In this document: positions 25,001 through 33,077 of the stretch, in pieces | Layout: each line of letters starts with the position of its first letter | Position numbering within the stretch: the first letter of the stretch is position 1 | Assembly: GCA_032718475.1 (NCBI GenBank) | Contig: JAUCBJ010009135.1 | Coordinates: forward strand, 62,001 to 126,000 | Reading direction: 5' to 3' | Source: Nemertoderma westbladi | Lineage: Eukaryota; Animalia; Xenacoelomorpha | DNA length: 64,000 bases | The notes under the pieces: generated by a model | What the model was told of the DNA's origin: nothing | Database searches by the model: none | The model's input: only the letters and a program-made list of their open reading frames with translations | Program-made: the position numbers and the translations under genes

Positions 25001-27396
25001 CCATTTACTGTATATTCTTCAACATTCCCAATGTCACCAAGGACACCTGTAGGCATATTACCTTTCAATCCTTTATTAACTGGTTTGCAGTTCAAAATAT
25101 ATCCCTTAGTTAATATTGAGGTTGATTTCTTCCATGTCAATATTAATGAAACTCCCTCAATTCTGCTACTGAAATCAGAAGGTTTTGCTGGCCGAGTCCA
25201 ATGAATGGCCATTGTCGGATCAGACTGAACATTTCCATTTACAGCAACGACGAAGATAGCATACCATTGTCCCTCTTCCAGTGAGCCATCTGCACCAACT
25301 TTAAATAGCTTTCCATCTAAATTATCACTTGTGGGTTCGCTATTAACTTCTTGAAGTGTATGCTGGCAACGCTTTAAACAAATATCCAGTGTTGGAGGAA
25401 TTTTACGACTAATTATCTCATGTGAAAGAGATTTAGCTAGAATGTGATACACTTCATAATGAGTAACTGATGATGATAAATCCCACTGAACGTCAATTGT
25501 TGAAACGTCATGATCACAAATTCTTACATTTTCAGGAGGTGGAAGACGCTTTGTCATAAATGTACCTTTAAGTGCTTCAACATTTGGCTTTGTTGAGAGA
25601 TTCTTACCACTGCAAGCTGTCAATTTAAAATTATATTTTCGTTTGGGGTCAAGGTTTTGAACTTTATAGGAAGTTTGTCCTTTATTTAAAACTATATTTT
25701 CAAGCTGGAGATTGGTTGAAGATTGGTGATGAAGTTGCGACTTACGAAGCTGATGTGGTGATGATTGACTGGTCCCTTGTCTCTGAAGAATGCGCCTCTT
25801 AGTAGGGGATGTTTGTAATGCAGGATTATGAGTCTTACTAGACTGCTGAGTATTCGTTTGAATTTGATTAATTTGAGTTGAGTGGCTATGTTCTTGCTGG
25901 GAACATTCTAACATATAATGTGTAAATTCCCCTCTGTTTGGAGGACACCACTTTAAATCAATAAAGTTTGATCCAATTGTATCTGCTTCCATACCAATTG
26001 GCTGATATGCATAAGTATGTTCAGAAAGAGAAATACAAGCCATTGAAGTTCCATTGAGAATGGAAGACACTGAGATAGTGTATTCCTTACCAGGTTCTAA
26101 ACCTTCAAATGAAGCTGTATATTCATCACTTGCATCTATTCTGCGGAATGAGTTGTGGCTATCAGGAGGTGTTAAGCTTACTTCATAAGATGTAAGCTTT
26201 GCTGATGTTTTGTTTGTTGATTTATGTATTAAAGCTGCCTCCCATTTAACAATTATTTTTTCTTCTGTCATTTTTTCTGATAAAAATATAACATTCTGAG
26301 GAGTCCATAGAGCCTGGAACTCATCATTAAGAAGTGTGAAAATCTTCAATGATGCTGGAATTCCACAAGATTGAGCAACTAAGTCAAGAAGAAATAGTAT
26401 ATCTTGGCCCTGGGTGTCATCCACATTTTCAATATAAGTGTAATCCGTTTTGCAGATTCGCATTTGTAGCAAGCTTTTGTGTAAATGTGAACGAGCTTTG
26501 GAAAAGGTTAAAATGGACCAATCATCACTGCAAGATATACCAAATTTTTTGTACACAGCTAATTGTCGAGAAAATGGTCGGAGATGTAATGCAAAACACC
26601 AAAATAATGAGTATAAGTTACAGAGGAAGTGAATCACAAGGATAAGACACAAGATTATACTTACGTAGTGGTAAAATTTGAGCTGTGTGCTGGAGCATGC
26701 GAATTGTAGATTGGTTGCACTTGGTGTTGATGCAAATGGGTTCAATGGTATGGTGCACAATGCATCGTTATCAATAGTAGTTTGATCGGCAGCAATCCAA
26801 ATATTAAATCCAAAGATAGAAGATCCAAATATGATTTCAAATACACTTTTCCACACATATGCTCGGTAAATTTTACTGCTCCTCTTTAAGGATTCACTCA
26901 TTTCTTTGCACTGTCTTTCCTTCACAAACACATCTCCAGCCCTGCCTTCTTCCAATGAATTTAGTCTTCGGGTTGAATCTGCATCAGTACAGTTTAGTGA
27001 TGGTTCTACAATTAAGTTATAAAATAATTCTAGTTTATTTCGGATAGAAGACCTCTTTAAACTAAATTTATCTACGATGAGTAGAAAAAGAGATTCAATT
27101 ATCATTATGTATGGAAGATATTGTGTAACAAAATTCAATAAGTCATTTTTGCATTTCCCCTTTGCATAATCCAATATACCATCGCTAATTTCAATGTTTA
27201 TGTCATCTAAGTGTTCACCCGAAGGAACGCATTGCATGTCATCTGATGCAAAAAATTTACCTGCAAGCGCAATTAATGAGACAATAAAGAGACCTTTATT
27301 TGCGAAATCCTCTATTGTGTCATGTGTTGCTGTGAAGATCTTGGTGTGAGGACTCTCTTCCCATAATGAATGCGCCAATTCCTCAACAGTTGTCAT
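13027..27396 (-). CDS. Giant LRRC8/pannexin-like 4-TM channel domain fused to ~43 fibronectin type III domains (4789 aa, single coding exon)
   Basis: Uninterrupted 14.4-kb ORF with CACCATG Kozak context. aa 1-350 align by eye with the LRRC8A pore domain (DDMQCVP~DKMICLP; DYAKGKC~NYVDAVC; QYLPYIMII..KLELF~KYFPYLVLL..KLEHF; IYRAYVWK~VYRLYMRQ; QDILFLLDLVAQ~NDFAFMLHLIDQ). From aa ~365, repeated FN3 signatures (P..P.NL, .SW..P, Y.I.Y, L.PG..Y.I.V). Confidence 0.93.
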   Translation of the reverse strand: MTTVEELAHSLWEESPHTKIFTATHDTIEDFANKGLFIVSLIALAGKFFASDDMQCVPSGEHLDDINIEISDGILDYAKGKCKNDLLNFVTQYLPYIMIIESLFLLIVDKFSLKRSSIRNKLELFYNLIVEPSLNCTDADSTRRLNSLEEGRAGDVFVKERQCKEMSESLKRSSKIYRAYVWKSVFEIIFGSSIFGFNIWIAADQTTIDNDALCTIPLNPFASTPSATNLQFACSSTQLKFYHYVSIILCLILVIHFLCNLYSLFWCFALHLRPFSRQLAVYKKFGISCSDDWSILTFSKARSHLHKSLLQMRICKTDYTYIENVDDTQGQDILFLLDLVAQSCGIPASLKIFTLLNDEFQALWTPQNVIFLSEKMTEEKIIVKWEAALIHKSTNKTSAKLTSYEVSLTPPDSHNSFRRIDASDEYTASFEGLEPGKEYTISVSSILNGTSMACISLSEHTYAYQPIGMEADTIGSNFIDLKWCPPNRGEFTHYMLECSQQEHSHSTQINQIQTNTQQSSKTHNPALQTSPTKRRILQRQGTSQSSPHQLRKSQLHHQSSTNLQLENIVLNKGQTSYKVQNLDPKRKYNFKLTACSGKNLSTKPNVEALKGTFMTKRLPPPENVRICDHDVSTIDVQWDLSSSVTHYEVYHILAKSLSHEIISRKIPPTLDICLKRCQHTLQEVNSEPTSDNLDGKLFKVGADGSLEEGQWYAIFVVAVNGNVQSDPTMAIHWTRPAKPSDFSSRIEGVSLILTWKKSTSILTKGYILNCKPVNKGLKGNMPTGVLGDIGNVEEYTVNGLQRGYSYTFTLEAQAYIDIRDSVSSIPISLHYTVLPEPVREPTFSAAANDISITWDIPEDTFISRFGLRIGEKTENGAAQVKNHQKSVKFDKQPDEFLDSTTSSHQFKQLKPGTKYVIRIWTETIIENEVNREMDIVNEYVKSSIEEINCFTCPQRPVKLNIVEGSLTSENVELVWENSESGEEVHYIVTYTEKINNKKYNIEDCLGNNSYLLTKLLPGYQYEAFVYAKIVNKDYNKKIYNSENSEMLVFSTFPEKPEELNSYGDNCSTSKHTISWSESNYFCSKQLCYLQRIDELEHRVPVSIPSNENIVTLDVEPGYEYKVWCKRVAAHDGLPEVYSDKSDVHQFSVFPEAPRCIEIPSESIRARSATALWSWSELQGNYTSFNVTLMKNIDPPNIARKIDYEVCECNFESYLTNLLPGTEYIVSVQTIGPADKCSQNVTHCKFTTNPEAPKGLKVLPNKDLVWDDLDWSPNKYKLKFHKQESIFEMDVNADDSVVDGRDEISWQTLESAKFSHDNKSIQNINELLVPGNIYKLMLQVKSGSGLSALSDNILYEYPPLPPRILTITEETKTIMSSLGVSCDTNATDGKQVAVTWEKPEQGICKSYRLRIMIDINNDNIWQDNRVRKLFNTKYTFVPEPSTIYKIKLFSCNDDFNLESEPIEDEFTTSPAKALGIEIDNISMNTMGISWKKPLCNVSYYEIAYCRYHSHCNMEEWIVKEPRYNDLSYIIDNLRPGFAYSIRIRTVYQRNEEAIPKFDESNKEFIAQPMKLEEIYGFNEEYKTYKIQWRNIPLENSYVTGQKLYIIKSDIADNSEREITIESACINEKKVTDLTPGISYEVSHTYDAKYDFGEQVSDKSIFFKFDTTPAIPMIPEISTNDPREVQLNWTIPEGKCDKYKVQMTSENDIRELEALDSNMLVKVLPGTRYEVMVRSVFKSLMSDYSDKLEIFTPPEPIEEFSILINDDGRIKIEVESVDWEVDKYIISYMTKSNGTINNITFDSQILRKYKYESLSELECGPIWGDMQLSSTNMINDVTYIFSIDELVPGDIYLIRLGAFATNGDIAFSTIRELKYPPLPVRNCNAVEVDANLIREINLTWDRPSKGIYDNMNFCIELSKLSDDETIATELDRIVIGETNHKFACLPSTTYFMNILSCNSLVNLFCINPVKISVTSKPLPPTDIVFENISTNSMEVKWQRPLCPISYFKINIDEVNGENVQESTIDEVITSHLFERLSPGCLYKINITSCYITTEAILDSSTNAFAVTKPLPLFNISGNNSNRYEYTIKWTIPTQSKHDFQLLCYSKIDSGIWLPDIKIPKEDSAFVLTNLEPGNDYNINISCVADYYEYGNAISDKTWYTLTVQPVPPDKPTIHTPSPRSGLISWDKPDGHSKKFLVTILCNNSILCNEETYSNMFNMDDSILKPGTMYITYIQTIGMSDLVSDESERENFITLPEPASNIHFGIDYDKNIGTISWKILDWDVKEYIAKYAPWVNEFTESAATDIDINVYETNNEASFSLEKLHPGDIYFMQFITKSINGIEAPSSFYKLIYNPCPVIDIAVQKYSDKEATKMNNCHCFKFAWTPQTKGYIDGYELKLFTANPNKPDEFTEIESRHEYLKNVYNIYCKPSQIYKLEISTYTWHSSNIKLKSESTYIYALSEPSHVQEATTSGTSSSSLEIYWRNPSSYVSDTVIQYAKLKHFAENELKWETLEGNLSNVTTNQLIPNLESGIPYIIRIKAVCITKAFCEKLNYHYNLTSENSIQIICITRPKSPSNLKVLITPHCYTLKWDQQQKCTFQKVKLEKVNVKFPEHHILIDVPSNATEYNIFQLSPGFKYTASVVCEIEYDDIGNSSSVPSEPVSFTTIPLYPTDVTITNINPRSCSISWTLPRGRHILNRITIMHIDKIIYMVESCSGQTYLEVPNILKPGQEYSATLSSFVEHGIQSDNTQPVYFCTFPEPIENVWINNNENHVAVEWTKPDWNVKSYIIELRFSPSSQVCEGTWETLLDNIDFRACKVIVNHLLLPGIFGNIRLVAQGSVQPYQLAYSEPVEFIHIPLAPPHIYVYHYSNNLKQLCNICWSIPHLGAFDSFIISLMEISESKVVYQENIDANSYIFEPKESTIYIVSISTINTNLNIESIPTRLRFMSNPMRPQHVTQESNTHESVVIRWNTSPLNTIKYRSQCIKDDNVINSDYFLENTENVTNLKPGMTYTYTIYSILDMFDTQGNYYQGKASSSISISTCPLPPTNITITDEDPYHILSWNIPDSSILDHQIVSIMNTEKNKTMKYELCENIYSHELKELEAGYLYNITIYGVKCHDIEKFVSNPSPPYVLETKPNYPTSPLPSVIESRSFVLQWLLPTGNNSGFEIQITENRFVQKEFNRIIPVEKDLCEYKVDNLIPGMQYDVAIRTKGASSKHSDPMKIPVIMMPEPPTLVSIGSFHNGEVCVMWNQMDWEPNKLYIEYINYDKYIKLEKTEPFIEEIEKETFWQMVPDNILLYKNNTASGLEQFLEMGKIYYIRVCCEALQKRIVACSSPVEFKYPPPPPSDIKIYEDCNNISVSWASNPKIISFIIKFYEVLIDGLQDIALDKVISECKYVFPSKPSTCYCINVASYIDEFDISSIPQEIRLLTSPTCPDWVSVADTTTTAVYVIIGDAPCKVTRYQISIYEKYDKTKRTGNREEESLEYYIDSKLKNYHITDLVPGTVYTISILAIYEYKQENKKSTIHNLGDFATRPCAPTVDKNMAISKSNSFSLNWYFPKGKFTHQAVYFQQGNSSELFPLVVIWAEKRWLSRQHLLSDLRPGLIYKWYVTSIVKYKGIDQVESEHSDVGTFYVKSICPLNIIVDNISATSCRISWEYSDSMVLGVYIYFKEKESQNIKLININIDNVNSKYFIIEDLSPGTQYILYMTTVGEYNKESDKSNNVEFNTNASAPIIRIEKNILKLKQQKWKVKNYIFKYISEDGTENKREISPTRIHNLELYKNLTPGSSYDISVGAQSQYGNIEYSDIMHVDCNPDPPCNISEMTNISSQPENKSITFTWEKPTKGLCDHYSINVFRLHINGKEYQKISENIITSDPTYELNVIPSTLYKLVVFSVSSSGAISQGLEHIALSSPLPVKDLKFSSTNERLKTNLKWITPYCQISYYNIYHGSKGKNLQIISTASRLSSDTTTFTYNDAARGILSIYRVETVYRTNSITGKTYVKKNYCDFEFIEEPPIPKELQLRFIASKVIELEWRKPNDRNSYYSHFNVYVSKLHEEPLSQTLQLEDTENKCRINLSQIEPGYCYKVGVSCLARHAEDNMKEGQHVNKMLTLPPAPVDNVYVCDLTKESCVIQWEYNTGYYKGVNIEIIDERTNEYIIFPCKSYSLTNLQPGTKYTAKLVPVGENDVKGRAVTLEFITKPGQPDNFEIIEVDGKVFAKWKKSTWAVVEYILQYRSQGELEWKTISPVPIATNGCETRNLESYFDDYETVYEVRFGNSNGDEIAYTEGQIIVREVQSPYDFVVDEFYNNDDNQMAVISWKQPRKKCESQVSLSIIHTAEINCLTNNSIVENITDIESDHISLVTQPSHTYSINIRAYNKVVDKFSKNIIHQFIAKPLNPSGLAIQELPRGKLLLNWDKPNCEVNYYKIAQSEPPFDNVNFTMNTTETSIEISIDFSVIIMRFYVKSVMSSTLKGVLETDSDPPTFINVVRSPGPPRNLECEVENSRDIGLSWEPANNSNEFELIVKNTVTGDSITKVLQQSECVHTLTDNIPGTGYIISAISLPLLTINDDYFRIKNRQSCDRQVTMIPEPPVSLRFEAGVTSVEVWVEGPKTTFSGYHMDLLTYSYRYLDYIKERSRGWEIKDKYSIDNLKPSTTYYLRCYTVSDDKISMNCIEKEMTTRNKAVTIEYSWKSPTELSLSATYEDKPNNVKVSFFDENGKPTNIRERELKWNRMGLSKTASSDSIIVTKAPSKFVAKLEAKARDKSIIRTDELVIVSNLPIKERRTSMV

Positions 27397-27959
27397 GGTG
27401 AATGGAATGGGTCGTCAATGTTAGAGATTTGCTGAACTGCTCAAAATTCACCTGCAACGTATAAAGGTATCTGAACTAAATATTTACTTTCGATTTAATG
27501 AATCAACTCATAGGTAAACGATTATGCTTGGGTAGAGAAATGTATTTACAACTTAGTAACATGATTAATCAGTTGGTATTGTTGGTTCATATGATGTAAA
27601 TACCGTCTGCCCAGCAACATTGCTATATTTGTCACATGTTGTAATTTAAGCATATTTTTAAACACTACATCAAACGATCAAGAATATTCATAGAATTTTC
27701 AAACGGTATTGAAATTATGGATATTGTAACTATGTGAAATATACCAGACTTTCTGCTGTTATATTTCACTTTGAAGTTTACCCCCATATGAATAAGGTTT
27801 TTACTAAAACCCAGGCTAAAGAAGGGGTGAATCTAACCAAAACAATAAACGACTTGGAATTGTGACTGGTTATAAGCTTTGCGGGTTATTGTAAACTACT
27901 ACTATAATCGGCTTGCTCTGCATTGAAGCTGTACATTGAGATGCTATGATGTCTTAACA

Positions 27960-28200
27960 CAAAATATATTTGCCATACCATACCACTATATGCAATCCAC
28001 AATTGGCATGCCTCAAGGTAGCTGCATTAAGAAGGCTATGCCGACTTATCGACGAAATTGCTACGCCACAACTCCCTATATGTCTTTCTTGATAATCAGC
28101 ATCTTCAATCTTAAGAATGTCATAATGTTTTATTCAATATTGTTCCCACAAGGCAAACCAAAAAATTGCTTCAACTTTCGCAAGTGTCAATTTATGGCAT
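27960..28200 (-). mobile_element. Diverged copy of the dispersed element family related to 12837-12924, 62257-62333 and 32330-32460
   Basis: Reverse complement reads gggagttgtggcgtagcaatttcgtcgataagtcggcatagccttcttaatgcagct...catgccaattgtggattgca, matching both the short inserts and 32360-32450. Confidence 0.6.
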
Positions 28201-28380
28201 TCATTTGACATAACCAATTTTTGTAAAGAGTACGTGGTTGTGTCCTTTAGAACCCCAGTATTTGCCAGGTACCCATTACAGGTGGGTGGGCTGAAGCTAG
28301 TTCCTTAAAGTTTAACCTTGCTTTTCATTGATCCGTTCCTTGGGTTGGAAATCTATCCACCTTATCATCCCGAACGGGTT

Positions 28381-31300
28381 ATAGATAGATTTATTTATAC
28401 ATTATGTAAAAACAATAACAAATACACCAAACAATGTACCGGTATAAAGGTATTGTCCAACATAACATATAGGATTACCCCTAGAGCTTTGCAGCTTATT
28501 TCCAAGGGGGTCCTTTATGTTACTTGGTTACAAATACAATATTACACTACGCTAACCTAAAACCAATATAAAACGTAATTACACTATGTACATGTACAAC
28601 TTTACAGAGAGCGTGACAATGTCCGACTCAACGATAAAGATGTAATGTACAGAACAATTTATTATAAAACGTAATTACAGTATAAACAGTAAATAATTAA
28701 TAAACTAATAACTTACTTTATGACTATTGTACCTATTTTTACATTTTTACATTTAACTGCAGATTTAAAAGAATGTTGATTATTTAGGTTTTTAATTTCA
28801 TTAGGCAGAGCGTTCCAATTTTTAATGCGGTTAAAAAAGAAAGTATCAGATTCAAAGGATTTACAATTCGGGAGGTAGAAGTTTGAAGCACTAGCTCTGG
28901 TACTGTAAGAGTGTGTATCGCGTACCCTGTTGAATTTTTGTTTTAGGTAATTGGGACATTTACCATTATACACTTTATGCACATGGTTAAGGCGTAGCTG
29001 CTTAACTCTACTATCTAAGTTAAGTAGTCCAGATTCAGATAAGTCATCTGGAGTTAGGTGGTGCCTAGGTTTGTAGTCTTTAATAAATCGTACTACTTTA
29101 TTCTGAGCTACTTGTAATTTACATTTAAGCTGTTTGGTTAAGCCTTCATACCAAGAAGAGCATGCATAGTCCATGTGACACTGTATTAACGAAGAGCAAA
29201 GTAACTTGCGGGAGTCGGTGTTTAAACTATTTTTATTTCTGTATAGAAACCTAAGCCTACTGTTAACTTTCGAAAAAATATTTTTCACTGTACTTTCTCC
29301 TGACAAGCAGTTATCCAATGTGGCGCCTAAATATTTAACTTCCTTTTTATTTTCAATCTTATGTCCATTACTAGTGACTTCGAACTTAGTTACCTTCTTT
29401 AACTTTCTTTTGGAACCAAACAAAATACTTTCATTCTTACCGTAGTGAATGGATAGCTTATTATCAACCAACCACTCATTACAGGATTCTAGAACTGCAC
29501 TTAACTTTTGGGAAATATGGATAGGATCTTTATGAGAGAAAATAAGAGCACTGTCGTCGGCATATAAAATGAGTTTAAAATCGGGATCTATACTACTTAT
29601 CATATCATTTACATAGCATACAAAAAGCAGAGGACCTAATATACTACCTTGCGGTACACCACAGGTAATCTCTTGTACAGTAGACTGCGATTTGCTAATG
29701 ACTACAGTTTGACCTCTGTCTGACAGGTAGGACTTGAACCAGTCTATAGAACCTACACCCATCAGGCCTAACTTACCAAGCAGAATTTCATGATCTACAG
29801 TATAGAAAGCCTTTTGTAGGTCCAACATTACCATACCAGTATATAAACCCTTTGCGTTATTACATCTAATTGTATCAGTTAAGTTAATACGGCAGGTGTC
29901 TGTAGAATATGATTTACGAAAACTGAAGTTTATTGATCAGATTTAGCCTACTAAGATGTGCCTCCAGCTGTAGAAAAACAGAACGTTCTAGAATTTTAGA
30001 TACAATACTTAAGATACTAACAGGTCTGTAATTACAGGGTTCTACTTTACTATTCTTTTTATACAGAGGAACAACCTTAGCTAATTTCAGTTCGTCTGTT
30101 ACTACATTATCTACGATAGAGTAATTAATAATAAAAGTAATAGGCACTTTAAGTACTTCAGCACCATCCTTAAGAAAACGGGCAGGTATTAGGTCTAGAC
30201 CGGTACTTTTTGAGGCTGATAGGCTAAGTAGATTTTTAAAAACGAAATCCTCAGAAACGGGTTTTAAAAATAACTTTTCTGAATTTTGTAACTTTTCTAA
30301 ATAAAAATTATTTAGAGTTTCGGACCCTATACTATATTTATTACTTGATAACGGTAACTTCTTAACTAAATTTGAGGCAACATTAGTAAAATAATTATTA
30401 AATAAATTACTAACTAGAGTATGATCATGAATCAGCTCACCGTTATCTTGCAGAACAATATTCGATTTAGATTTAAGGTTTTTATAACCTAAAGATTTTA
30501 GGGTAGACCATAGACTTTTAGGATTATCTTTATTCTCACTTATTTTGTTGTACAAATATTCAGATTTAGCTTTTTTTATTTCCCGTTGGACAAGGTTTCT
30601 ATATTTGCAGTAATTAATATAATCAGCTAAAACACAGTATTTCCTAAATTTATACAAATAGTTATCTCTTTCTCTGATATTACTAAGAATACCCGAGGTC
30701 ATCCAGGGCTCAGTGCGTTGTTTAAGACTAATTTCTTTAATTGGTGCTACAGTATTAAGTGCCTTTAGAAATATATCTTTAAAAACAGTGTACGCAAGGT
30801 TAATGTCAGCGGCCTTAAAACAGGGTTCCCAGTCAGAATTAACTAACAAACTTAAAAAGCGTCCCTTGCTGTAATTTTTCATAGACCTAACAGTTACTGT
30901 TTTATGATCCCCGAAAAAAAGATTTTTGGGTCTTTCTTGTGCAGAAAACTATAAAATGATCGCTTAGACCTATAGGTAAAACCCCAGATTGAGAAATAAT
31001 ATCGGTATTATTCCAAAGGATGTGATCTAGTAAAGTAGAAGTTTTACTGGTAGTTCTGGTAGAATCTCGAATAATTTGTTTTAAATCAAAAAATTTAAAA
31101 TACTTTGGTACTGTTTACAGATGGGGGATGCTTTGTGATGGTAACAGATATTAAAATCACCTAAGAAATATATTTTACAGTCTGACCTAAGATTACATAA
31201 AATTGTATTTTCAAAATTTTGCAAAAAATCTGATTGTTTAGGGGGCCGATATAAAGTACCGATTAAAATAGGTTTAGTTTTAGGAAGTAAAAGTTCCACC

Positions 31301-31512
31301 AGTAAAACTTCGTCACAAGTCTCTAAATCTTCCCTACGATTAAAAGCTAAATCACATCGAATGTAAGTACAGACACCACCACCGTGTCTGTCCCTATCCC
31401 TACGTAAACCCACGTAATTATCAATATAAATTTCTCCATCAGAAACGCTATCATCGAGCCAAGTTTCAGAGATTGTTAAAACTGCTGGGTTGGATTTATT
31501 GATTAAAATAAT
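28381..31512 (-). mobile_element. 5'-truncated, disrupted CR1/L2-group LINE (APE endonuclease + reverse transcriptase)
   Basis: Fragments 31081-31413 (ISETWL just upstream, RDRHGGGV, YRPP, LGDFN), 29914-30882 (STGLD.IP, NYRPVSIL) and 28713-29834 ([27 protein letters not shown]); frameshifts between fragments; 3' end with AATAAA and TCTA microsatellite tail at ~28381-28396. Confidence 0.93.
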
Positions 31513-32229
31513 TGGTTAAGTTTTTGGTGAATAATTTAACCTCAAATCATCGTCGATTCATTACTGTACTGCACTGTAACAGAAGGATGTACTGACAGGG
31601 ATATTACTACACGTGTTGCTATGGTGACCAATGAGATTTTAAATACTTGGTGTGGTTCTGTGGTTGTCTTCAACAGGCCCAAATATATGGGTGACCTCAG
31701 TTTGTGTTCGCACATGCGCTGCTACACTTCCCGCTCTACCAGGCCCCCTCCACGAGCCAATGGATGCAGTTCTTCGCGGATCTCTAACGCTTTCAAGATG
31801 TGGAAAGGCTTAACTTCAAAACCTATGGACTTCAGGTATTGGATGGTTGCGAAACAAGCGGCTATACAGGCTGCCACCACAATAATTGCACAATTGTGAT
31901 TCTGCAGACATTAATTAACTTCTTCGTGAGGTCTACCTAATGCGGAATAAGGAATAGTGTCTACTTTCAAATATCGGTATCAAATATTAAAAGTGCGGTA
32001 TCATGTAAAAATAAGTGCTGTATCAAGTAAATGCCGGATTATGTTAAAATAAATGCTGTACCAAATGAGTACTGTATATTCTTATTTGGTATTTTTCTCA
32101 TTTAGTTATGAAGAAATAATCACACTGGGACTTACTGCTGTAACTGGTACTACTGTACTACTGCTTCTACTGGTACTACTGCTGCCTGTACTACTGGTGT
32201 GGACTTACTGCTGCTACTAAACTGTACTA

Positions 32230-32460
32230 CGACGAATGGAAATGAGGTCCTTCCAGGCTTCCTGATTCTCAACCCCGTGGTTGTCGCAATTTTGATTCTC
32301 CCAGAGTAGACTTGTGTAACAACCAAACAGCCTTGAAGATGAGGACAATTTCGAAAAAGTTATGGGAGTTAGGGAGTAGTGGTGTAATTCAGGCATAGCA
32401 TTCTAAATGCACGCTGCATTATGACATGCCAATTGTGGACTGCATGGAGTGGTTAATCAG
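32230..32460 (+). mobile_element. Diverged dispersed element copy
   Basis: tggaaatgaggtccttccaggcttcctgattctc matches the tandem unit at 63308-63795; 32360-32450 matches the reverse complement of 27985-28080. Confidence 0.6.
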
Positions 32461-32717
32461 TCGGTTTCAGGGTGTCTGCAGGTCCAATTTCCTGATGGTA
32501 TCAATTTTTAATAGAGCTACCCATGCCTTTGCTTTCCTAACTTATCATATAAACCGGTAGGCCAATACCAGTGGTTGCATCGTAATAAGTTAACTAGTTA
32601 CCAAATAATGTCAATAAGTTAAATGTTCGAGGTCTTACCTGACGGGAAGAACAAAAAGTGATGTTAGTGAACGAACGAAAAATCCAATTCCACCAATTCA
32701 AAAAGGTTCTATTATTG

Positions 32718-33034
32718 TCATTAGGTCCTAATAACGTGTTAGAGATACGCCCAAAAAACAGGTTAGTAAAATACACATAGTTTATTTAAGAGTATGAGTA
32801 ATATGTATTTTATTAATTCGATTGTTATGACAAAAGGCGATAACGAAATAGTACTCATGTATGCGTTTAGGTTAGGTATAATGTACAGTACAGTACACAA
32901 TTACAAAACCTAAAATTTTAAAGTCCAACATTAACCGAAATTATTGTAGTGGGATTATACGTTATGACAGAAGGCAATAACGAATCGTACATGTGCATAT
33001 CTCTTATTGATAACACGTTATTAGGACCTAATGA
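32718..33034. mobile_element. MITE-like element with perfect 24-bp inverted repeats
   Basis: tcattaggtcctaataacgtgtta (32718-32741) is the exact reverse complement of taacacgttattaggacctaatga (33011-33034); internal direct repeats ttatgaca.aaggc.ataacgaa. Confidence 0.7.
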
Positions 33035-33077
33035 TATAGAGTCATTGCGTGATCCAATTTAATTATGAATAGAGATG

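Noticed and set aside
13715-27047. Numerous short ORFs overlapping the giant gene
   Set aside because: Antisense or alternate-frame shadows of a long CDS with no recognisable motifs.
13027-27396. Receptor tyrosine phosphatase, usherin, tenascin or fibronectin assignment for the giant ORF
   Set aside because: No signal peptide, no C-terminal TM, no PTP HCxxGxxR motif, no EGF or laminin modules; the N-terminus is a 4-TM LRRC8-like domain.
28250-28330. SINE core-like motif (ggtacccattacaggtgggtgggctg)
   Set aside because: Too short and degraded to assign without a repeat library.
31621-31899. GC-richer patch with a 92-aa ORF, a possible upstream exon
   Set aside because: No identifiable motif on either strand; probably a decayed transposon fragment and cannot be supported.
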